A DNA stretch of 64,000 bases, taken from NCBI GenBank assembly GCA_028706745.1, contig JAQTVM010000005.1, positions 5,165 through 69,164 of the forward strand, in the 5' to 3' direction. Source of the DNA: Candidatus Nanoarchaeia archaeon (GTDB taxonomy: Archaea > Nanobdellota > Nanobdellia > SCGC-AAA011-G17 > GW2011-AR17). The translations under genes and the position numbers were made by a program. Under the pieces are notes generated by a model. It was not told the origin of the DNA. It made no database searches and was given only the letters and a program-made list of their open reading frames with translations. Shown here in pieces: positions 48,738 to 58,420 of this stretch (the stretch's first letter is position 1; the number at the start of each line of letters is the position of its first letter).

Positions 48738-50069
48738 CTATTTTCGTTCAAACACCCAATATTCGCAGGAATTGTCTTTTTCGTTGTAAGCTGTTGAGAA
48801 TTTATTCTTAAGCAGGCTCATAAGCCCTTCACGCTTCTCTTCGCATTTTAAGTCATTCTGCGGATGGCAAACCAGGCTGCAGTTGTCAACAAGAGCATAC
48901 TGCACATTATTAGGATTATTCAAATAATCAATCCACTTCTGCGCAAGTTCAGCATTAAACACCATGTAATACATCGGCGTTACCGCCTTTTGTGAGTAGA
49001 GGTTTATCTGCGGATACGCAACTAACACTTCCCCAGTAATTTCCTTCTCTTCAAGGAACTTCATGTAGCCGTCATGCGCCTCTCCCAAAACAGGCTCTTC
49101 AGGCAATTGCGAAGCAAATGAAATAGAAGCAATCACAAATACTGCCCAGAATATCCATCTTTGCTTAAACATCTTCTTAATGCCGGCAGAAGCCAATATT
49201 GCAAAGTAAGGCAGCATAAGCAGCATGAACCTTATTTCCTTGTGCACGTGGTATGTAAAATACGCAAAAAAAGCAATAGCCAGCGCAGGAATGATATATT
49301 TTCTTTCTCGTACACAGGCATATATCCCGACAGCTGAAAGAATGTACAGCGGATTCTGCTTTAAAATCCCCTGAAGATAATAATAAACAGGGCCTGAGAA
49401 CAGCCAGGCGCCTGAATTCTTTATTATTGCGTCAGCATCTGCAAACACAGACGGATTGCCGTACATGAACCAATTAAAAACAAGGTAAGGGACAATAAAG
49501 CACAATGCCCCCAATGCGAACTTTCCCGCATTCTTCCATTTCCTCATAAAGGCAATTCCGATTATTGCAATGACAAGCGCCTGCGGAAATTTTGTCAAGA
49601 AAGCAATGCCTGCAAATATTCCAGAAGCAAACGGCTTTTTTTCAATATAGAAATATAATGCCAATAATGCAAAAAACACAGAAGGTATTTCAGTCATAAT
49701 CCTGAATGTCGATTCAAGGAACACAGGGGTTAAAGCAAGCATTAATGCGGCAATTTCTCCTGCTTCTTCGCTGAACAGCTTTTTGCCGATTAAATAAGCC
49801 AGCAATATGCTTCCGATGCTGAAAGCCATTCCAAGCAGGTATCCAATGAATATGTCATTCAGCCCAAGCTTCCAGAAAAATCCCAGCATTAAGGGAAAAA
49901 CAAGCGGGCGTATGTGCTCCCATATGCCTGCCTCGCCAAGGGAATAAATGTAATGCCCCATTCCAAGATAAACAGAGGAGTCCCACCACATGGCATGTTC
50001 CTTAAATAAGAATATTAACTGCAGTGCAAAAGCCAAAACCAATATGGGGTATATTTTATTTATTTTCAT
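48738..50069 (-). CDS. GT-C fold membrane glycosyltransferase (PMT_2/ArnT-like).
   Basis: It is polytopic with the segment LTKFPQA. Confidence 0.5.
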   Translation of the reverse strand: MKINKIYPILVLAFALQLIFLFKEHAMWWDSSVYLGMGHYIYSLGEAGIWEHIRPLVFPLMLGFFWKLGLNDIFIGYLLGMAFSIGSILLAYLIGKKLFSEEAGEIAALMLALTPVFLESTFRIMTEIPSVFFALLALYFYIEKKPFASGIFAGIAFLTKFPQALVIAIIGIAFMRKWKNAGKFALGALCFIVPYLVFNWFMYGNPSVFADADAIIKNSGAWLFSGPVYYYLQGILKQNPLYILSAVGIYACVRERKYIIPALAIAFFAYFTYHVHKEIRFMLLMLPYFAILASAGIKKMFKQRWIFWAVFVIASISFASQLPEEPVLGEAHDGYMKFLEEKEITGEVLVAYPQINLYSQKAVTPMYYMVFNAELAQKWIDYLNNPNNVQYALVDNCSLVCHPQNDLKCEEKREGLMSLLKNKFSTAYNEKDNSCEYWVFERK

Positions 50070-50086
50070 TTTGCCTGCAATACTTC

Positions 50087-51526
50087 CTATCTTATTACCG
50101 GATTGATATCCATGAAAAATATCTGGCTCCTGAACTCCCTTGCAATCTTGCAGCCGAATTCAGATGTTTCAGAATCAAATAAAATGGCTTTCCTGTCTGA
50201 TTTTTCTTCCAGCCATTTCTTCAGCTCATTGTAATCCTCTTCATCATATACGCGCACGGCAACTATAGGAGCTTTCTTTTCCATTGCTTTCTTCAGCACC
50301 TTGTCTATCTGCCCTTTCTCATCAATCTCAATAATAAAATAATTCATCTTAGCTCCTCTTTTTTCAAGCTCAAGGAAGTATCTTGCAGGCGTTGAATAGC
50401 CAAGCAATGAATCCGCTTTTCCTGCATAGTCCATTACAACCAATGGCTCATACCTTCCTATCCTGACTTCATTGCCTCCAAAGATAATCTTTTCCCCGTC
50501 TGCCCTGAAATCTCCTGAAACAATATTCAAATTAGCCCCAATAAGCAAGGGAAGCATCTGCCCTGAACTGCAAATAACCTTAATGCCCTTTTCAGCAAGG
50601 TATTTGGCAGCTTTTACGTCGCCTGAAGAATCACAGCCGGCAGTCACAGCTGTCGCATTCTGCTCAACTGCATTTCTTGCAATTGCAGCCATTCCGTTTG
50701 TGTCAGCTATGACTGCAATATCCGAACTTAAGAATCTTGTAGTGGGCTGCTCGATAACTGAAACAGGAACTTCAAACATGAAAACATCTTCCTCATTTGA
50801 GGCGTACCATTTTCCGTCCATTTCTTTTGCAAGGGCGCCTGCTGCAATAATCTGCTTAATACCCTCTGCTTTTATCATATCAACAGAACTTCCTTCAGGC
50901 GTGCCTAAAAGAGATTCACTATAAGGGGAAGGAAGATTTGGAATTGTAAAATCCCTCGTAATTTTATGCGCCTGCGCGGCAAGCAAATCATCCTTGCCAA
51001 GCTCAATCTCAGTGCTTCCGAGTGTAATTGATGTGAAAGCGTGAGTAAACGAAGCAGTATTTGCTATCCCCTGAATGTCAAACTTCCATGCGCTTTTTAT
51101 CCCTGCCGCCCTCTGCAGGTTAATCAATGCCCTCTTGTTGTCTCTAGCAACCAGCCATGTTTCTGCAGACCTAAGATGATTATACCTTGTGTCTTCAATG
51201 CTCGCAACTGTTTCATATAACAATGCTTTTTCTTCCTTGTTTTCGGAATCTTCGGCAGCCTTGTGAAAAAAATCCATTGCAAATGACGCAAGCTCCCTGT
51301 CATTTGTTACCCTTGAAAGCAGGAATACAAGCTCAGCCCTTTCAGTGTTTGTTGCCGCCTTTTTTATCGCTGAATCAATCTGCTTTGCAAAATCATCAGC
51401 AGAAACATTCTTCTCTTCAAGAAAACTATTGAAGTCATGCCCGCCGGAATATTTGTCCCATTCATGCTCTGCGCATCCTGAAAGAAGGAGGCACGCCGCA
51501 ATTATCAGAATCCAGCAGTATTTCAT
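50087..51526 (-). CDS. Putative lipoprotein.
   Basis: It has a signal peptide with the lipobox LLSGC. Confidence 0.5.
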   Translation of the reverse strand: MKYCWILIIAACLLLSGCAEHEWDKYSGGHDFNSFLEEKNVSADDFAKQIDSAIKKAATNTERAELVFLLSRVTNDRELASFAMDFFHKAAEDSENKEEKALLYETVASIEDTRYNHLRSAETWLVARDNKRALINLQRAAGIKSAWKFDIQGIANTASFTHAFTSITLGSTEIELGKDDLLAAQAHKITRDFTIPNLPSPYSESLLGTPEGSSVDMIKAEGIKQIIAAGALAKEMDGKWYASNEEDVFMFEVPVSVIEQPTTRFLSSDIAVIADTNGMAAIARNAVEQNATAVTAGCDSSGDVKAAKYLAEKGIKVICSSGQMLPLLIGANLNIVSGDFRADGEKIIFGGNEVRIGRYEPLVVMDYAGKADSLLGYSTPARYFLELEKRGAKMNYFIIEIDEKGQIDKVLKKAMEKKAPIVAVRVYDEEDYNELKKWLEEKSDRKAILFDSETSEFGCKIAREFRSQIFFMDINPVIR

Positions 51527-51573
51527 GCTATTAAACTAGTTATTATAGAATTAAAAAGGTTTCTAAGAAAGAT

Positions 51574-51954
51574 TTACTTAATCAGCACTGCGTTAACAGT
51601 TCCTTCCTGTCCTGGGCGCGAGGTGATTCTTGCCTTGCCAATGTCTGTCTCTATAATGGCGCCTTTTGTCAGGATGTTTCTCCTTACGAAGTGCCTGTTT
51701 GCCTTGTTATCAGTGATTGTCTTTATCTTTGCAAGAACATATTTCTTCTCTTTTGGGCTGTAAACATTTGCCTCGTTGCATTCAAGCAGGAGCGTTTTTC
51801 TTGAGCCGCCAAGCTTTCTAAGCTCAATCGCTTTCTTGTTTCCCAATTTTGTAAGCGTGGGCAGTCTTCTTGACTGGTTTGCCCTTTTCTTTTGGTACTC
51901 GTGGTACCTTCCGCCTGTTGTTTTCCTTTTCGGCCTTCTGCTTGTTAATGCCAT
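51574..51954 (-). CDS. rps8e: 30S ribosomal protein S8e.
   Basis: It carries NRHFVRRNILTKGAIIETD...TSRPGQEGTVNAVLI. Confidence 0.85.
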   Translation of the reverse strand: MALTSRRPKRKTTGGRYHEYQKKRANQSRRLPTLTKLGNKKAIELRKLGGSRKTLLLECNEANVYSPKEKKYVLAKIKTITDNKANRHFVRRNILTKGAIIETDIGKARITSRPGQEGTVNAVLIK

Positions 51955-52106
51955 TGAGAGAACGAAGTTTAGGGTTATTTATAAACCTTTCGCCGCAGTC
52001 CATTTCGCTGTTTTTTCCGCAATACAGGGGAGGCTCTTAGAAAAGCTTAAAAAGGAGGGGTATTATATCAAAAGAAGTTTAATTTGTTATTTTGGAGGAA
52101 TTTAAA

Positions 52107-52334
52107 ATGGAAACAGACAGACCGTTGGACGCGCTGAACGAAGCAAGAAACAAGAGAGTTATTGTTGAGCTAAAGAACAAGACGCAGATTGTAGGTACCT
52201 TGAAGGCATTTGACATACACATCAATACTGTTCTTGGCGATGCAGAAGAGCAAGGCGATGACGGCTCAGTGAAGAGAAAGCTCGGAAAGGTGTTCATACG
52301 CGGAGACATGATTGTATTAATCTCGCCTGCTTAA
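52107..52334 (+). CDS. Sm-like archaeal protein (LSm/SmAP).
   Basis: The Sm1 and Sm2 motifs VIVELKNKTQIVGTLKAFDIHINTVL...IRGDMIV are present. GGAGG lies 8 nt upstream of the ATG at 52107. Confidence 0.85.
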   Translation: METDRPLDALNEARNKRVIVELKNKTQIVGTLKAFDIHINTVLGDAEEQGDDGSVKRKLGKVFIRGDMIVLISPA

Positions 52335-52347
52335 GGAGTGAAACGAA

Positions 52348-52545
52348 ATGACTAAGGGTTCAGTATCAATTGGAAAGAAGTCCGGCAAGGACGTCCACAT
52401 AAGGTGCAGAAGGTGCGGTAGGTATTCATACCATAAGATTAGGGGAATTTGCGCTGACTGCGGCTACGGCGCCACTGCAAAGCTGAGGAAGTACACCTGG
52501 CAGAAGTGGGAAAAAAGGCCGAATCACAGGAAAGCGGGGAAGTAA
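52348..52545 (+). CDS. rpl37e: 50S ribosomal protein L37e.
   Basis: It carries the zinc ribbon CRRCGRYSYHKIRGICADCGYG. Confidence 0.9.
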   Translation: MTKGSVSIGKKSGKDVHIRCRRCGRYSYHKIRGICADCGYGATAKLRKYTWQKWEKRPNHRKAGK

Positions 52546-52677
52546 AAAGCCGCGCGAGCATAGCGAAGTGCGACTTTGAACGATAGTGGCAAAGGCGGCT
52601 TTTATTTTTCTTTTTTAATTTGGTTTCTTATAGATTACAAACCTTTTTATAGCAATTAGTACTCAATTTTATTATTC

Positions 52678-52746
52678 GCGGGTTCGCAATACGGAACCCG
52701 CTATGTGGGCTTTGCCCACTCGAGGTTGAGAAGGGGCTTGCCCCTT
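52678..52746 (+). ncRNA. Three consecutive GC-rich hairpins in the 5' leader of tRNA-Leu.
   Basis: The three elements are gcgggttc-N8-gaacccgc, gtgggc-ttt-gcccac and aagggg-cttg-cccctt. Confidence 0.35.
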
Positions 52747-52748
52747 AT

Positions 52749-52832
52749 GCGGGGGTGCCAGAGCGGTCAAATGGGATGGGCTTAGGACCCATTAGCTTAG
52801 TGCTTTCGCAGGTTCGAATCCTGTCCCCCGCA
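52749..52832 (+). tRNA. tRNA-Leu (anticodon UAG) with long variable arm.
   Basis: Acceptor GCGGGGG/CCCCCGC, anticodon loop CTTAGGA, T-arm GCAGG-TTCGAAT-CCTGT and discriminator A. It is 84 nt long. Confidence 0.8.
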
Positions 52833-52907
52833 GATATTAATTCTAATGCCTTAAATTGCAAATATTCATAGAAAAACAAAATGGGGACAGGTCTGGAACG
52901 AAGTGAC

Positions 52908-52923
52908 AATACCTGTCCCCCGC
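52908..52923 (+). repeat. Partial duplicate of the tRNA-Leu 3' end (AATaCCTGTCCCCCGC), 76 bp downstream of the tRNA.
   Basis: It matches 15 of 16 positions of the tRNA 3' end. It pairs with ggggacagg at 52883-52891 as a hairpin. Confidence 0.55.
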
Positions 52924-53053
52924 GGAGTATTCTAATTATTAGTGATAAATCCTTGAAATCCAATTAATGCTTTAACAGGAGGTGCAGTTCCGAACAGAGG
53001 TGAGGGCACTGTCCACTGCATTTTTTAATTAGAATATTGTAAATAGGCATATC

Positions 53054-55309
53054 TTATAACACACAGGGTGTACCGGCGCTAATGCATGCAATCCTTTCAT
53101 TCAATTGCTTTAATGCGGGCTCTGAATATGTATCGCCTCTTCCATCTGGGGTGTTACCTTCGTTTTCACCCTGGTGCCTCATGATGGAGTTAAGCCGGGG
53201 TCTGAGAAGATTTTTGCATGTATCTCCGCAGCTGCCTCCGCACCCTGTCCATCCGCTGTTCTTTGCCTTGTTAGCAAGCTCAATGCCCCATAGCGTTTTT
53301 GCATCAACACAATTAGCTCTTCCTTCGCAGTCATAAGGCAGGCAGTTTGGCACTCCTGAGCCGTCATTATTGCCGCCATTCCAATATTCATCCTTTAAGT
53401 CCCCAAATAAATGCCCAAACTCGTGCACGAAAGTCATTGATTTTCCATCATAGACTGAATGAAGATTTGATTGCGAAACTGCATATGAATTTGAACCAAA
53501 TTCCTTTTGTGAGATTATAATACTATTATCCACGGAGGGGCATAATTCTAATACTGTAATATAATACTTTATTGCAGGGATGCCTTCTGCTTGCATTGGC
53601 ATTCTGCCTCCGTCAAGCATATAATACTTGAACTTTGCCTGATTTTCTGCGAAGGGAGGTACGTCAAGAATCCCTTTAAACCCATCTCTGCCTTCCATTA
53701 TGCCTTTAATTTCATCCTTAAATTCGCTTTCTGTGTCATACTCGTCTGATACGAACAAGAATTTATAAGCCGCCCCACTTCCTTGGCTGTATTCAGCAAG
53801 TTCTTTGCACTGCGCCTGCTTTACGCAAAGCTTCATTTTGCATACCCTTCCAGTGCCGCAGTCAGAATCAGATGCACACCTGTAATTCTGCCTCGTTGCT
53901 GTAAAACCCTGCACCTGCCTGCCGTTTAGATAGCAGTCTCTCGTAGTAAATGGATTTTTGCATTCAAGCCGGTCGTAAAAGTTAAGCGGCTCCTGTCCTG
54001 TTGCAACTGCATCTTTTGGAAGGACATATGCCTCAAAGCTTATGCCCAAGTCAAACCAGTTGCCTCCCTCTGAAGGAATAATGTCTTTTGCATAAAACCT
54101 GAGTTTGGTGCTTACTTCCGGCTTCATCAGCTCTACAAAGCTTGGCTGCGGCTCATTGGCAGAGGTATCAAAAGGATCCACAAAAACCTTTTCATATCCT
54201 TCAGGGATTTGTACAATCATATATGATGTCATGTCTTTTGCCCTCGGTTTTATTTCTATTATTTTATTATCTCTGTCAAAATGAAGGCATGCAATATCCT
54301 TATAATGCTCTTCATTATGCAGGCAATCCTCATAAATTATTACAGAATCTGTAATTAAAACTGCCCCATTTATTACTGTCACAAGGCTGTTGCCCAAATC
54401 CTGTATTACTGCGCCTGCAGAACTTCTTATTATCTTATTTTTTAAAGCCATTGTCTTTAAAGGCATATTCACAGTAAAATCTTTTCCTTCAAAAAGCCAT
54501 GGGCTAAAGCTGCCTGTCATTGCGCTTATTTTTAGCTTTTCTTCGGATTTCAGCTTAAATTCCGCAAACTGCGCTTTTTCGCCTGGCTTGGCTTCAATTG
54601 CAAACCCAGGCGCGCCCAACACAGTTATTTCTGTCATATTAAATATGGGTATCTGCTCATTGCATTGCATCGGGTCTGCTTCAAGGCATTTTTCTCGTTT
54701 TTCCCTCATTTTATCAAAACCCTCATTCAGGTATGCATTAAGGTATTCACTGCCTTTTGTCAAAAAACCCCATCCTGTAATGCGGAAGTAACCTGCGGTT
54801 GGCGTGGAAACAGCAACTAGCTCGCAGCCAATATTTTCTCCCTGCATGCAGCCGAAGAATGCATTATCGCTTCCCTGTATGTATGCGCCATTTGTAATGC
54901 TGATGACAGCCATTGACGGGTTGGCTGCATATATCATAAACTCCTTTCCTCTGATTTGAAAAGCGTTTGTATTTGTAGTGGGCGGGTTATATACTCCATT
55001 TTTTATCTGAAGGAAACGCACTATGCGGTTTGCAGTTATATTTCCTGACAATGTGCCAAATTCCCTGAGCTGTCCACCCTGCATATACTGGATTTTCAAA
55101 TCACCTATTCTCTCAACCTCAATAAAGCTGTCTTCGCCGAATATGGCGCGCATATCTTCAGGATTATACTCAAGATACAGCCTTCCGCTGTCAACCCCAT
55201 AATAAGCAACCCTCCCTTCGCCTTTTACTTCGTGCCTTATCTCTTCTGCAAGTGCCGGAAAGCTCATCAAGACAATAAGTACAACATACAAAAATGCCTT
55301 TGGTTTCAT
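53054..55309 (-). CDS. Secreted zinc metallopeptidase, M64 (IgA-peptidase)-like, with Cys-rich C-terminal region.
   Basis: It has a signal peptide and the motif HEFGHLFGDLKDEYW (HExxHxxGxxDEY). Confidence 0.6.
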   Translation of the reverse strand: MKPKAFLYVVLIVLMSFPALAEEIRHEVKGEGRVAYYGVDSGRLYLEYNPEDMRAIFGEDSFIEVERIGDLKIQYMQGGQLREFGTLSGNITANRIVRFLQIKNGVYNPPTTNTNAFQIRGKEFMIYAANPSMAVISITNGAYIQGSDNAFFGCMQGENIGCELVAVSTPTAGYFRITGWGFLTKGSEYLNAYLNEGFDKMREKREKCLEADPMQCNEQIPIFNMTEITVLGAPGFAIEAKPGEKAQFAEFKLKSEEKLKISAMTGSFSPWLFEGKDFTVNMPLKTMALKNKIIRSSAGAVIQDLGNSLVTVINGAVLITDSVIIYEDCLHNEEHYKDIACLHFDRDNKIIEIKPRAKDMTSYMIVQIPEGYEKVFVDPFDTSANEPQPSFVELMKPEVSTKLRFYAKDIIPSEGGNWFDLGISFEAYVLPKDAVATGQEPLNFYDRLECKNPFTTRDCYLNGRQVQGFTATRQNYRCASDSDCGTGRVCKMKLCVKQAQCKELAEYSQGSGAAYKFLFVSDEYDTESEFKDEIKGIMEGRDGFKGILDVPPFAENQAKFKYYMLDGGRMPMQAEGIPAIKYYITVLELCPSVDNSIIISQKEFGSNSYAVSQSNLHSVYDGKSMTFVHEFGHLFGDLKDEYWNGGNNDGSGVPNCLPYDCEGRANCVDAKTLWGIELANKAKNSGWTGCGGSCGDTCKNLLRPRLNSIMRHQGENEGNTPDGRGDTYSEPALKQLNERIACISAGTPCVL

Positions 55310-55348
55310 AAGATAAAGAAAGCTGTTGCAATTAATAAAACTATTTGT

Positions 55349-57574
55349 TCAGCTGTATGCGGCAAGCCTGTTTTCAATGGCAATCCTTGAAACATCATTA
55401 TAAGTATTATGCCCGGGCATTCTTTGGGTGTTCATTATTGACTTGCTGCTTGGCTTGAAATATCCTTTGCATTCATCACCGCAGTCGCCTCCGCATCCTC
55501 TTTCATCTTCCGGAAGGCTTTTTTCTTCCTGTATGAGCCTGTCAGCTTCTGCCGCATTCCCAAGAATACCAGTCCAAACCCTTCTTGCCTCTTCCTCTGT
55601 TTTAATGCAGTTTGGCTCTCCTGCAAGCCCTGTTTTGTCTTGTCTTAGGTTATAGTACTCATCCCATAATTTTCCGAATGCGTGCCCGAATTCGTGCGCA
55701 AGAAGAAGCCCCTTCCCTCTTTGCTCAATGCTTCTCATTGAGATGAAAACATTCACTCCGGGCTCTGCAAATGACCTGAACTCATTTGTAGACATGAAAA
55801 TAGCATGCTCTATGTCAGGGCATTCCCTCTGCATTGCATTTGCATAGCGGTGGGTAACATACATGTTTGATTCAGGGCTCCACGCTGTCTTTTCAGGATT
55901 CATCTTCCAAACCCTGAATTTGTCTTTATTCTCGCGATAAGGGCGGATTGTCAAAAGCCCGTCAAATGAGCTGTCTGTCATTATCTTCTTTATGTCATTT
56001 TCAAGGGTTGTTTCATCATCATAATTATTTCCTATGAAGAGCAAGTCCAGCTTGTTTTCCCCGCCTGCGCCCGGGTTTATTCCGCTGACTTCGCTGCAGG
56101 AATTTCTCCTTACGCACAGCCGTTCAATGCATTTTCCGGCTCCGCAGTCAGAATCATCATCGCACCTTGTTTGCGCCTGCGGGTTAAATTCCCTTGGCAG
56201 CCCCCTGCTTGTAGCCCATACTCTTCCGTCAAGCGTGCATGAATATTGTTCTGTTTCCGGCGTTACCCTGCATTCGAATTCCTGATACCTGTTCTCAGAA
56301 AAAACAAATGTCCTGAAGCTTATCCCCATTTCAAACCAGTTTCTTTCATTGCCGTTTTCAGGCATGACAACATTGTCCTTGTAGAATATCAGCGCAGTGT
56401 TTGGCACTCCTTCTTTTTCAAGAATGACAAAGCTCGGATTTCCGAAGGTTTCAAACCTTCCTATGTCCAGTTTTTTGTAGTGGTTTTGAGCAGGCAGTTT
56501 TATCTTAAGATTAAAAGGATAGTCAATATCTCTTTCATAATGCTCTGATTCAGGGTTTGCTTCTGCGTAAGTTCTTGGCTTTACATATATTTCATTTCTT
56601 GAAAAATCAATGTGGCTGCACGCCGTCAGCTTGAAAAGGTTATTGCTGTCTTTTACCCAAGATATGCCCTGCGGCTTTGTCAGCCCTGAAGAGCCCATAA
56701 CTCTTTCTTCCCCGCCGTTGCAGTAATCATAAACCGCTTTCTCGGATGTCAGGAACATATTTCCCCTGTTAAGCTGGAAAAGCCTGTGCCCGTGAATAAA
56801 TATGCTTATGCCTTCTGCATTTTCCCTCGAAGTCCTTGAAAAAACCCTTATGTTTGCGCCTTCTTCAGGGAAAACTTCTGCCTGTTCGGAAATAATCTCG
56901 TAATAAGGAGCAGGATAATTCATGTGCGAAAGAACTGCTTTTTCAGCTTTTATTTTCATTTTTCCGAATGTTCCGTCAATGTCTTCTGCCGTGATTGTAA
57001 AATTCTCCCCTGTGCTCAGGATATTTATTTTATTCAGGTTTTCAAGGGATGCAGCATAATCATCATTCACTTCTTCTCCCCTTTTCTTCTGCACATAAAA
57101 AGAGACATTAAGCGCCTCTGCCCTGCCTCTTATGCTTATGCCGGATTCAGACGGCGATACTGAAGCTGACATCGAGCATTCTTCAGCGCATTGGATTGCG
57201 TGGCTGTCTTTTATGTAATCTGCCTTTTGGAGGGAAAATTTCAATTCCGGAATCTCTTCTGCATTTATGTAAAACAATTCTCCTGTAATATTCACTTTCT
57301 GGCTTCCTGTTGAAACAAACTTCCCATTGGCTACTTTCAGTTTTCCGCTTTCAACAGTCAATGTGCCATAAACATACCCTAATTCCCTTTCTGCCCCGCC
57401 TGAAGCAAACATTATTGCCAATGCTCCTTCTTTTTCAGCATATCCCGGAAATAGGATACTAATTTCTTCCGGGTTGTAAGAAGTTGCGCCAAAAATGCCT
57501 GTTATTTCTTCAGCATACGCCGTATTAACGGCAAACAGCATAGCTATTGCGAGCAGAAAGGCATATTTCCTCAT
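55349..57574 (-). CDS. Secreted zinc metallopeptidase, M64-like paralog.
   Basis: It has a signal peptide and the motif HEFGHAFGKLWDEYY. It shares a Cys-rich C-terminal module with its neighbour. Confidence 0.6.
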   Translation of the reverse strand: MRKYAFLLAIAMLFAVNTAYAEEITGIFGATSYNPEEISILFPGYAEKEGALAIMFASGGAERELGYVYGTLTVESGKLKVANGKFVSTGSQKVNITGELFYINAEEIPELKFSLQKADYIKDSHAIQCAEECSMSASVSPSESGISIRGRAEALNVSFYVQKKRGEEVNDDYAASLENLNKINILSTGENFTITAEDIDGTFGKMKIKAEKAVLSHMNYPAPYYEIISEQAEVFPEEGANIRVFSRTSRENAEGISIFIHGHRLFQLNRGNMFLTSEKAVYDYCNGGEERVMGSSGLTKPQGISWVKDSNNLFKLTACSHIDFSRNEIYVKPRTYAEANPESEHYERDIDYPFNLKIKLPAQNHYKKLDIGRFETFGNPSFVILEKEGVPNTALIFYKDNVVMPENGNERNWFEMGISFRTFVFSENRYQEFECRVTPETEQYSCTLDGRVWATSRGLPREFNPQAQTRCDDDSDCGAGKCIERLCVRRNSCSEVSGINPGAGGENKLDLLFIGNNYDDETTLENDIKKIMTDSSFDGLLTIRPYRENKDKFRVWKMNPEKTAWSPESNMYVTHRYANAMQRECPDIEHAIFMSTNEFRSFAEPGVNVFISMRSIEQRGKGLLLAHEFGHAFGKLWDEYYNLRQDKTGLAGEPNCIKTEEEARRVWTGILGNAAEADRLIQEEKSLPEDERGCGGDCGDECKGYFKPSSKSIMNTQRMPGHNTYNDVSRIAIENRLAAYS

Positions 57575-57611
57575 AGTGTAGAAAATGCAATTATTCTTAA
57601 TAAACCTATCC

Positions 57612-58418
57612 CTAAGCGCACTTAGCCGCTTTCACAGTGAAGAATGTCCTTGTCCAGCCAACCAAAAGCAGGGCAATGATTATTGGAATTGAGGCTGTCA
57701 GCATCCCTTCATTGCTTGAAGCGCTCCACTTAAGAAAGAAATTAACCATGCCTGCAAGAGCAAGCATCCAGGCAAATGCATATAAAAGATAGCACGGAAG
57801 CATCACATAAGTCCTTCTTATCACGCACGCAAAGCTTTTTGCTATTTCCCTGTACCTGTCCTTAAGAGTGAATGCATAGAATATCTGGTTGATGTAAAGC
57901 ACAATTATAAACAAAACGAAAAACAGGATAAACTTCAATGAAAATATTTTTCCTATGTCTGCATATGTAATGTCAAAAAGCTCATTAAGCAGGAAAAGCC
58001 CGGCTACATAAAAAGGCGCTGCAAACACTATAAAACGGAGGTAATTTGTGAACAGTATCATCTTGTTTCTTAGTATAAGGCTGTACTGCGGCGCCTGGAA
58101 CAGGCACCATAAGGCAAAAATCACCAAAGGCACAATAAAGAACGTGAAAAAAGAAGCCTGTTTTGCAATTGGGCCAAGTATTGCAAGAAGCTCTGTCATT
58201 TCATTCATGCTTCCGACGCTGTTTTGGGCAAGCATCTGCTGAACGTTTGAAACCTGCGCAGAATACTGGCTTATCAGGGCAAAGTAAGCTTTTATTTTTG
58301 CCCTTGTATATATAAAAAATACAAATGCAGAAACTAAAAATAGCGCGTCAAGCAGGAGAAACTTCCACCAGTGTTTCTTAAAAGCAAGATTTGCTTCTGA
58401 GAAGGTTGTTTTTTTCAT
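57612..58418 (-). CDS. Polytopic membrane protein of unknown function.
   Basis: About 6 TM helices. It lies 3 nt downstream of the giant Cys-rich protein gene. Confidence 0.45.
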   Translation of the reverse strand: MKKTTFSEANLAFKKHWWKFLLLDALFLVSAFVFFIYTRAKIKAYFALISQYSAQVSNVQQMLAQNSVGSMNEMTELLAILGPIAKQASFFTFFIVPLVIFALWCLFQAPQYSLILRNKMILFTNYLRFIVFAAPFYVAGLFLLNELFDITYADIGKIFSLKFILFFVLFIIVLYINQIFYAFTLKDRYREIAKSFACVIRRTYVMLPCYLLYAFAWMLALAGMVNFFLKWSASSNEGMLTASIPIIIALLLVGWTRTFFTVKAAKCA

Positions 58419-58420
58419 TT

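Noticed and set aside
52092-52106. An upstream ATG (52092) for the LSm gene, as in the ORF track.
   Set aside because: GGAGG sits 8 nt before the ATG at 52107 and overlaps the 52092 start. The shorter product begins at the conserved Sm fold.
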